Origin: a virus
Taxonomy: Duplodnaviria > Heunggongvirae > Uroviricota > Caudoviricetes
Virus record (IMG/VR): IMGVR_UViG_2541047739_000006
DNA length: 34,603 bases
Strand: one strand, 5' to 3'
This document shows, piece after piece, positions 27,257 through 34,603 of this stretch. The translations under genes were made by a program, and so were the position numbers. The notes beneath the pieces are model-generated. The model was not told where the DNA came from. It was given only the letters and a program-made list of their open reading frames with translations, and did no database searches. Positions within the stretch are counted from its first letter, which is position 1. Each line of letters starts with the position of its first letter.

Positions 27257-27288
27257 AAAAGGCGGCTTTAAATGCTGCCTTTTATTTT
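27257..27288 (+). terminator. intrinsic terminator between the early and structural operons
   Basis: AAAGGCGGC-TTTAAAT-GCTGCCTTT stem-loop followed by TATTTTG. Confidence 0.45.
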
Positions 27289-27350
27289 GCCCGTTATACA
27301 ACTTAAAAGTTGTATTTCTTACTTTAAACAAGGTAACAAGGTTTATATAA

Positions 27351-27563
27351 ATGTTGCTCTTAAATGATAAAGAGCAAATCATCAAGTATAAAGATGAAAT
27401 GCTGAAAATTAATCCACAAATTACCGAAATGGTAGCTAAATACGCTGGGTGTTCTGTCGAGGAAGTAGAAAGATGTGTTGAAAAATATTTTTCTCCTTCT
27501 TCTCCGTCTACACCTTCCCTTAATGAATTAATCAAATTAAAAGCTAAGGAGATTACTAAATGA
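27351..27563 (+). CDS. hypothetical small protein
   Basis: 70-aa ORF; its stop overlaps the next start. Confidence 0.5.
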   Translation: MLLLNDKEQIIKYKDEMLKINPQITEMVAKYAGCSVEEVERCVEKYFSPSSPSTPSLNELIKLKAKEITK

Positions 27564-27922
27564 TTATTGATTTAGACACTCTGTTTCCAGTTCGAAAGAC
27601 TTTCACGGATATTGTAAGTTATTGTACTGATCCGTTTGCCTCTGTAGAAAGCAAGGTTTTTGCTTCTCTTCCTGCTGATGTTGAGTGCGGCGACTTGATC
27701 ACCAGCACTGGCGCTAAATATGAATCAGGAGATGATATTTATGTTGTTATGAGTGAATTTGTAACGGCTGGAGAAAACAAGCCTGTAGATGTGCTACGTA
27801 GCAATGCTGGGCTTGTATGCATCAAAGCTGATGCGCTGAATGCTGTAAGTGAAGCAGCAAAAACAGCATTAATTAAAAAAGGCTTTCAGCTTGAAGGGTT
27901 CCATTCTGTTTTCACTTCTTAA
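27560..27922 (+). CDS. hypothetical protein (possible scaffold/decoration-type partner of the next gene)
   Basis: 120-aa ORF, ATGA-coupled to the upstream gene, 18 nt before the 342-aa gene. Confidence 0.6.
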   Translation: MIIDLDTLFPVRKTFTDIVSYCTDPFASVESKVFASLPADVECGDLITSTGAKYESGDDIYVVMSEFVTAGENKPVDVLRSNAGLVCIKADALNAVSEAAKTALIKKGFQLEGFHSVFTS

Positions 27923-27940
27923 TAAAAGGAATAATAATAA

Positions 27941-28969
27941 ATGATTCTAGGTAATGATTACGTTGATTTAGCTCCTCTGTTCTCTGCGCATAGCACTAGA
28001 AATTATCTACTTTCTACTCTCGACTTCACTGATCCGGTGGGCGTTAGTTCTCATAAAGTAGCTGTTTCCCAGCTTGTCGAAAGCAACGAATCTCTCTTTA
28101 ACAAAGAGACAAGCCGTTTTAGTTCTGAACACAATGTTACTAAGCGAGAACAAGGTAAAGAATGGCTGATCGAAATCCCTTACTTCCTGCGTGAAGATGT
28201 GATCCGTCCTTCTGATGTTCAAGGCAAGCGTAAGCCTGGCACTGATTTTCAGGAAACACTCACTGATATTTATGCTGACTATGTTGCTAAACACCACGTA
28301 GCGTATCAGCGTACAAAAGAGAGCGTGCTGGCTGCATCTCTGTTTAGCGGTAAAACTTACACGCCTAAAACTGATGATGTTCTTATCGAGTGGAGCAAGC
28401 TGTTTAACGTATCAGCTATGAAAGCCACTGTGAACGCTTCCAGCACTGACACCACGAAGATTTTTAAAGAATTTGATCAGATTGCTACTGACATTATCGA
28501 AAAAGCACAGAGTCAGGCGGCGGCTGTAGAGCGAATTGTTGTTTTCTGTAAGCCGGAAGCCTTCTCTGCAATTCGATTCTCTGCTGGTATGGCAAACGCA
28601 TTCCAGTATGTAAGCCCACTGGAAGAGGGGAACGTTGTGTATCAGCGTCGTGACCTGCTGCCAGGGGTGACAGCGTTCACTATTCCAGGAACTAACATTG
28701 ATGTTGTTAAACTGGTAGATCCGCTACACCTGGCACATATGACCGCAGACGCTGTAGCTGTGCCTAAATTCTCTAAGGGTAGCGGAATTTATACCAACAT
28801 CTACGGGGCTGCTTCCAGCACCTTTGAACTGATTAATGCCGCTCCTGCTGAGGTGTATAGCTATAGCTATGAATCTTCTCGTGGTGATGCTGTTAACGTT
28901 GTTACAGAGAATAGCCAGATGGTGGTAAACCACGGTGTAGGCTTCTCCGTTCAAATCACTGTTAAATAA
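27941..28969 (+). CDS. major structural-like protein (342 aa), family unknown
   Basis: Long ORF followed directly by a strong intrinsic terminator, as for a highly expressed capsid or coat gene; beta-rich C-terminus. Confidence 0.75.
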   Translation: MILGNDYVDLAPLFSAHSTRNYLLSTLDFTDPVGVSSHKVAVSQLVESNESLFNKETSRFSSEHNVTKREQGKEWLIEIPYFLREDVIRPSDVQGKRKPGTDFQETLTDIYADYVAKHHVAYQRTKESVLAASLFSGKTYTPKTDDVLIEWSKLFNVSAMKATVNASSTDTTKIFKEFDQIATDIIEKAQSQAAAVERIVVFCKPEAFSAIRFSAGMANAFQYVSPLEEGNVVYQRRDLLPGVTAFTIPGTNIDVVKLVDPLHLAHMTADAVAVPKFSKGSGIYTNIYGAASSTFELINAAPAEVYSYSYESSRGDAVNVVTENSQMVVNHGVGFSVQITVK

Positions 28970-28987
28970 TATTTTAACGTGTAATAG

Positions 28988-29022
28988 AGGCGTGGCGTGA
29001 ATAACACGCTTCGCCTTTTTTT
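28988..29022 (+). terminator. intrinsic terminator
   Basis: AGGCG ... inner hairpin GCGTG-AATAA-CACGC ... CGCCT followed by TTTTTTT. Confidence 0.6.
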
Positions 29023-29055
29023 ATTTATTTTTAAATTTTGAGAGGTGATTAAAAT

Positions 29056-29259
29056 ATGGAAGTGATTTTGAAATCAAAAAATGGTGTACACGTACATTTA
29101 GATGCTAATGATTCTAGAGGATTGTTAAATCTGAAATATCTCTGTTCTCTTTTAGATGTTCCCTATGAAGGAGTAAAAGCCCGTATGTTCAGATTAAACG
29201 AGAGTATTGATCAGGCTCTACACCATTTCTTAAGCAAAGAAGGTGGTAAAAATGATTAA
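29056..29259 (+). CDS. hypothetical small protein
   Basis: 67-aa ORF with GAGAGG upstream. Confidence 0.5.
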   Translation: MEVILKSKNGVHVHLDANDSRGLLNLKYLCSLLDVPYEGVKARMFRLNESIDQALHHFLSKEGGKND

Positions 29260-30178
29260 TAAGGGGATTTTAAATGTTAGAAATTAACACTTCTAAAATT
29301 AAGAACACAGTAACATTTAGTGTAGATAAAGACAGCTTGAAAAAAGCGAAAGACTCTATTACAGGCTTAAAGGAATTTGCAGAGAATATCAAGCCAGCTA
29401 AGTTAAGGTTTGATAATGTCACTAAAGGCTATAAGAAAGCACAAAGTGAAGTAGACAAGATTGCTCAACAGAAAGCTAAAGCCGAAAAACAGAATCAAAG
29501 AGTACAAGCTGCCGCAGCAAGAGCACAGGCAAGGCAACAGCAACAAATAGCAGCACGTAAAGAGAAAGCAGAATTAAAACTCCTCGATGTGTCAAGCTCT
29601 ATCAGTGCAATGCACCGTCTCTCTGTAGCTGAACAATACAAAGCTATTGCACAGGCTAGAGAAATTGCCCTCCAATATGAAAGAGGCGCTATTAGTCTGG
29701 CACGTATGAATAGCCAGATGAAACGCTTACAACAGCAACAACGTAAGATTAATGGCAACAGAAAAGCACAATTAGCCCCCGTTAAGGGAGGATCAGGGAA
29801 TTCCGCCACTATGGGCGCTCTGTTATTTGGAGGCGCTACGGCTGCTGCTGGCGTGATGGCTGTTAGTAAAGCGTCGGAGTTTGTTAGTAGCAGTTTCGCT
29901 AACGCAGAGACCCAAGGGGAGCTAATCCAACGTGCAAGGCTTGGCGGTGTAGACGTTAACCAGATGTATAATATTACAGAATGGGCGTATAGAAACGGCG
30001 TTGACTCTATGATGGGTGATCAAGGGGCTAGGAAATACCTGGATCAGATGAAAGATGTTAGGGAACGTGCCGCAAAATCCTACAGTGAAGCTGAATTGGT
30101 GAAAGACAAGAAAACCGGAAAATCTGAATGGAAAGGCGGTGATAATGCTATTAATGAACTTCTAAACTGGATTTGCCC

Positions 30179-31084
30179 CTATATTTCCAGACATCTGTTA
30201 TCACTTAACCCATTACAAGCCCGCTGCCGCAGATATTCCCGTGGCGAGCGATAACCCAGCGCACTATGCGGATGCCATTCGTTATAATGCTCGAACGCCT
30301 CTGCAAGGTTCTTTGCTGCCGTTAACCCGTCTGGTTTGGGCATGATACTGATGTAGTCACGCTTTATCGTTTTCACGAAGCTCTCTGCTATTCCGTTACT
30401 CTCCGGACTCCGCACCGCCGTGTTCTTCGGTTCAAGTCCCAACATCCGGGCGAACTGGCGTGTTTCATTAGCCCGGTAGCATGAACCATTATCCGTCAGC
30501 CACTCCACTGGAGACGACGGAAGATCGTTGCCGAAGCGGCGTTCCACCGCTCCCAGCATGACGTCCTGTACTGTTTCACTGTTGAAGCCGCCGGTAGTGA
30601 CCGCCCAGTGCAGTGCCTCACGATCACTGCAGTCCAGCGCGAACGTGACACGCAGTCTCTCTCCGTTATCACAGCAGAACTCGAACCCGTCAGAGCACCA
30701 TCGCTGATTGCTTTCTTTCACGGCCACTCTGCCTGTATGTGCCCGTTTCGATGGCGGTACAGCAGGTTTTCGCTCAAGCAACAGCGCATTCTGGCGCATG
30801 ATCCGGTAAACACGTTTGGCATTGATCGCAGGCATACCATCAAGTTCTGCCTGTCTGCGAAGCAGCGCCCATACCCGACGATAACCATACGTGGGCAGCT
30901 CTCCGATAACATGGTGTATACGGAGAAGCACATCCGTATCATCAGTGTGACGACTGCGGCGGCCATCCATCCAGTCATCGGTTCGTCTGAGAATGACGTG
31001 CAACTGCGCACGCGACACCCGGAGACAACGGCTGACTAAGCTTACTCCCCATCCCCGGGCAATAAGGGCGCGTGCGCTATCCAC
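30179..31084 (-). CDS. insD: IS2 OrfB transposase (InsD)
   Basis: 301-aa [34 protein letters not shown]...; recognised IS2 InsD. Confidence 0.93.
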
Positions 31085-31407
31085 TTTTTTGCCCGTCCAT
31101 ATTCAACGGCTTCTTTGAGGAGTTCATTTTCCATCGTTTTCTTGCCGAGCAGGCGCTGGAGTTCTTTAATCTGCTTCATGGCGGCAGCAAGTTCAGAGGC
31201 AGGAACAACCTGTTCTCCGGCGGCGACAGCAGTAAGACTTCCTTCCTGGTATTGCTTACGCCAGAGAAATAACTGGCTGGCTGCTACACCATGTTGCCGG
31301 GCAACGAGGGAGACCGTCATCCCCGGTTCAAAGCTCTGCTGAACAATTGCGATCTTTTCCTGTGTGGTACGCCGTCTGCGTTTCTCCGGTCCTAAGACAT
31401 CAATCAT
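31042..31407 (-). CDS. insC: IS2 OrfA (InsC)
   Basis: [41 protein letters not shown]...; recognised IS2 InsC. Confidence 0.93.
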
Positions 31408-32473
31408 CTGCTCTCCAATGACTAGTCTAAAAACTAGTATTAAGACTATCACTTAAATAAGTGATACTGGTTGTCTGGAGATTCAGGGGGCCAGTCTATA
31501 AACATCGGTGTTATTAACAAAAGCGACCTTAAAAAATTTGCTGATAATCCGGCTGGATTAATTTCTAAGGCTGTTAATGGAATGATGAAAAAAGGGTTTT
31601 CAGACTCCCAAATTGGACAACGTTTAGAAGACCTGGGCGATGATTTGATGCTTACGTCAAAATATTGGCAACGTTCCGTTAAAGATGTACAAGAAAGTAT
31701 TAATCAGCAAAAAGCCTCTGGAAAATGGCTAACAGAAACACAGCAAGACTCTATTGTTAAATTCAGAGAACTAAACAGACAGCTTTCACAGCTTTCTGAT
31801 GCAAGACAAGTAGCATTCGTAGACGGCTTTATGAAATCTCTCGATCCAAAAGTAACGGAAGAGTTTATGAAAAACCTTTCTAATCTCACTCCGTATTTTA
31901 CGAAGCTGGGAGAAGCTACAGGAAGTCTCTTTGAAGCTATTATGAAGATTGTAAACTGGTTTAATCGTAATGATGATAAGACAGATGCTATTCAGAAAAA
32001 TATGGGTGATGCACCGCCATTAAGCAATGAAGGGATGAAACAGAATCTTTCTAATCTCGTTCCTAATCAATATAAAGGCGCTGGCACTGCAACAACTACA
32101 CCTGATAATAGTCATTCTCTCTTTAACACAATTAAGGGATTGCTTTTCGATGATAATTCTTCTGTGTCAGATGTAAAAATGTCAGTCAATGAAGCACCGA
32201 TAACCAATCTCAAACAGGGTGCTTTAAATAATCTTGCAATGACAACTCCAGCTTATAATTTATCTCCTGTGTTTAATCTGAATCCTACATTTGAAGTGGT
32301 AACAGAAGTGCCGCTAACTATCGAATCAGACACCGGACGATTGAGCGATTATGTGGATTTTACAGCGAGAGCAAGTCGGGATAGCTTCTTGAAATCATTA
32401 ACATTAACCAGCTTATCAGGACAATCCAACGGCGGGTAATTCCCGCCATAACATTACAAGGAAAATTATTATT

Positions 32474-33187
32474 ATGGCGACCGCCGGGATTTTAACCATA
32501 CGTGCAGCAAATACTCCAGAACAACACGTTCAGGCTGTTTACAAAGCAGAACAAGATATAAATTCTACAAAAAACGAAAATAGCAAAGCTAATAAAACAA
32601 AAGGAGAGAACGGATTTGCTATTGTTACCAGTGGCTTGGCATCTTCTGGTAATGACGTTTATGAAAATTATATGGCACTGGCCTTTGATAGTGTTGACGA
32701 TGTGAACGTGAGACGTTCGGCAGATGTCACAAGCTACCCCGTAGAAAATGGTGCTACTGTGTCTGATCACGTTCAAATTAAAAACAATAAGTTCTCTCTT
32801 AAAGGGCGTATCACTGAAACACCGATTAAAAGCGATCCTGGCTTGTTAAAGAGTGCAGGGGTGAACGGGAACAGAAGATCATTAGCTATAGACTACTTGA
32901 ATCAGATTATGGACAGTAGACAGCCTTTTCTTCTTGTTACAGAAAATAAAACTTTTGAGAACGTTGTTTTAACAGGCATCGAATACACAGAAGAGGCAAG
33001 CGAATCCCTGGTATTTGATCTTAGCTTTGAACAAATAAGATTAGTTTCTTATGGTACTGTAAACACTGTAGCTATCAAAACACAGCCATCTAAGAACATC
33101 GGGGCGAATATGAAAAAACGTGTTAACACTGAAAAATCAAGTAGTGAAGGTGAAGACACTATTACTCCTGCCTTTAAACAGGAATAG
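32474..33187 (+). CDS. hypothetical structural-like protein (237 aa)
   Basis: Follows the IS2-split gene on the same strand; no recognisable catalytic motif. Confidence 0.65.
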   Translation: MATAGILTIRAANTPEQHVQAVYKAEQDINSTKNENSKANKTKGENGFAIVTSGLASSGNDVYENYMALAFDSVDDVNVRRSADVTSYPVENGATVSDHVQIKNNKFSLKGRITETPIKSDPGLLKSAGVNGNRRSLAIDYLNQIMDSRQPFLLVTENKTFENVVLTGIEYTEEASESLVFDLSFEQIRLVSYGTVNTVAIKTQPSKNIGANMKKRVNTEKSSSEGEDTITPAFKQE

Positions 33188-33268
33188 CCGTAAATGCCTC
33201 TAAAACGCTCTGTAACGATGTAATTATAAAAGAGGCTACCAATCTATGTTGAAGCCTCTTTATTGCGT

Positions 33269-34603
33269 CTATGGCGTTGTTTTGCGCATTAAATTTGATT
33301 TTTTATTGATTGATAAGCCTTTCTCTATTTCAGGGTAGCGTAGAAGCTCAATATAGTTTTTAAGCTCTACTGGAGAAGCTGCATTCTTGCTATATGTGCG
33401 GAATGTCTCTGTATTGCCGCGTGTATGGCCCAGGAGAAGGGCGATCCTGTCTTCTGGAATTTGATTTCGATCAAGAAGCTGTGCTACTCCGTGTCTCAGA
33501 GAATGAAACACCTTCCTTTCTGTTCCCTTTTCCCCTAAAGCCTTTCGTTTAGCTCTTGTAAATCTCTGCGTGTGCCACGTGGAACGTTTACCATCAGCAC
33601 GCTCTGTAATGCTGGCGTGATAGAACAAAAAGCCATTATGAGGCTTTTCACGCAGCGACAACACCAACGGAGTGATAAGGCTATGCACAGGCACAAGACG
33701 TGCCGCAGCTTTCGTTTTTCCCTGTGTGATTTCAAAACACAGCACACCTTCGATCTCTTTCACATCGTCTATTGTGAGACTTGCTATCTCATTGATCCGC
33801 ATACCTGTATAAGCACCGATAAGACACAAAGCCATCATTTCTTTGTTTTCTGCTGAATCACCGGAAAATACTTGCAACACCTGCAATAGCTCTTTGTTAG
33901 AAAATGCCTCGTAGCTCTCTCTACTTTGTGCCACATCAAGCCTATGCCCTCGCCAGGGGGAGAGCGCCCTTTCTGGCGCATCGTGGTAACGTGATGAAGC
34001 TAACTCCCATAGCTGGGCCATTGGGCTGATATAATTTGCAATTGATTGTTGTGAAAGGGTTTTTTGCATGTGTTCTATCCAGCCTGTAACAGTGGTGCGG
34101 CTTACATCTTGCAATGCAATATCAGGCTTTTTACGGTAGGAGAGAAACATCTCTACCGCTTTTCTTGCCTTAGCTAAAGTGGCTGGCTTCTTCTTCGTGC
34201 TGTTAATTGTCAGGTAGATTTCAAGAATTTTAAGCAATGACGGACACGAAGACGCTGTATCTTGCATTCTGGTAGCTGTTTTGGCGTATTTAGCCTTACT
34301 GCGTAACAGTTCCAGCGTGTTCTCTATTGTGCTGTTTACAGGGGCGACACTCTCCCGTAGACAATGGTATTCATCTGCAATCTGATCACGCTTTCTACGT
34401 GCAACACGAAGACTACTTGTGTGCAGACTTCTGACAAACGTCCTTTTTCCTTCAAAAAAGGGCTGCATATACACAGGCAACGTGATCCTCAAATAGTAGT
34501 TACCGTAAGAATCACAGATTATGTATTGATTGGGCTTGTATCTCATAAACTCCCCGGCTAAAGTGTCGGAGCGTTTGTAATGTGAAAATTGATTGTAACG
34601 CAT
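33269..34603 (-). CDS. tyrosine site-specific integrase (second element); 5' end at window edge, possibly incomplete
   Basis: 444-aa ORF with tyrosine-recombinase motifs (YTGMRINE arginine, HSLRH, LLGHT, nucleophile Y in TFRTYSKN); the initiator ATG is the last three bases of the window. Confidence 0.85.
   Translation of the reverse strand: MRYNQFSHYKRSDTLAGEFMRYKPNQYIICDSYGNYYLRITLPVYMQPFFEGKRTFVRSLHTSSLRVARRKRDQIADEYHCLRESVAPVNSTIENTLELLRSKAKYAKTATRMQDTASSCPSLLKILEIYLTINSTKKKPATLAKARKAVEMFLSYRKKPDIALQDVSRTTVTGWIEHMQKTLSQQSIANYISPMAQLWELASSRYHDAPERALSPWRGHRLDVAQSRESYEAFSNKELLQVLQVFSGDSAENKEMMALCLIGAYTGMRINEIASLTIDDVKEIEGVLCFEITQGKTKAAARLVPVHSLITPLVLSLREKPHNGFLFYHASITERADGKRSTWHTQRFTRAKRKALGEKGTERKVFHSLRHGVAQLLDRNQIPEDRIALLLGHTRGNTETFRTYSKNAASPVELKNYIELLRYPEIEKGLSINKKSNLMRKTTP

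Larger units (their letters stand above)
30168..31498 (-). mobile_element. IS2 (1331 bp), complete, flanked by 5-bp target duplication TAAAC
   Basis: Ends TGGATTTGCCCCTATATTTCCAGACATCTG ... GGAGATTCAGGGGGCCAGTCTA; TAAAC at 30163..30167 and 31499..31503. Confidence 0.96.
29274..32439 (+). pseudogene. ~609-codon coiled-coil / Gly-Ala-rich protein gene (tape-measure- or pilot-like) split by IS2 (exons 29274..30167 and 31504..32439)
   Basis: Frame is continuous after removing IS2 (1331 bp) plus one 5-bp duplication (1336 = 3 x 445 + 1, matching the frame shift between the two listed ORFs); Q/A/K coiled-coil N-terminus and hydrophobic GGSGNSATMGALLFGGATAAAGVMAV segment. Confidence 0.7.

Noticed and set aside
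27167-27535. Minus-strand 122-aa ORF between the early and structural operons
   Set aside because: Antisense to the plus-strand terminator and gene 27351..27563; low-complexity translation.
28300-28330. Walker A-like pattern ASLFSGKT in the 342-aa protein
   Set aside because: Fits [AG]xxxxGK[ST] but has no Walker B or other NTPase context; probably chance.
30608-31342. ORFs inside IS2 on the plus strand (30608..31039, 31072..31272, 31115..31342) and 30718..31011 (-)
   Set aside because: Antisense or out-of-frame shadows of IS2 insC/insD.
31471-31503. ATG start of listed ORF 31471..32439
   Set aside because: This start lies inside the IS2 terminal repeat; the real reading frame is the downstream half of the IS2-split gene resuming at 31504.

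Overview
Enterobacterial (E. coli-like) chromosome at the proA-thrW locus, carrying two horizontally acquired elements, both decayed by insertion sequences. (1) 1..1444: complete proA and tRNA-Thr (thrW, anticodon CGT). (2) ~1428..21378: a ~20 kb P4-family integrative element inserted at the thrW 3' end. It has a P4-type tyrosine integrase, an AlpA regulator, an AntA-type antirepressor, a translationally coupled operon ending in a 919-aa Zn-ribbon/TOPRIM/P-loop primase-helicase, and two inverted copies of an iteron module (ori-like and crr-like) bracketing a ~7.4 kb cargo. The cargo holds Q/G/A-rich proteins that may be a P22-like ejection-protein cluster (hypothesis), a low-GC multi-pass membrane protein, an RHH protein and a small tail-anchored membrane protein. 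A PerC-family regulator and a pRiA4b ORF-3-family protein lie near a degenerate attR. Two IS1 copies sit in inverted orientation: one is a clean insertion with a 9-bp target duplication that splits a 355-codon ORF; the other lacks a duplication and truncates a gene. (3) ~21380..34603: a visibly AT-rich island of unknown family. It contains a ~3.3 kb gene-poor stretch packed with iteron-like motifs and a GC-rich hairpin cluster, then a promoter-driven operon of small regulators and a wHTH replication-initiator-like protein, then a terminator-bounded structural-like operon (342-aa major protein; ~609-aa coiled-coil protein split by IS2 with a 5-bp duplication; 237-aa protein), and a tyrosine integrase on the minus strand at the window edge. 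I regard this third region as the best candidate for an undescribed mobile element or satellite, but no product there is recognised. No CRISPR array and no rRNA were seen. All product calls rest on motif recognition by eye; no database search was run.
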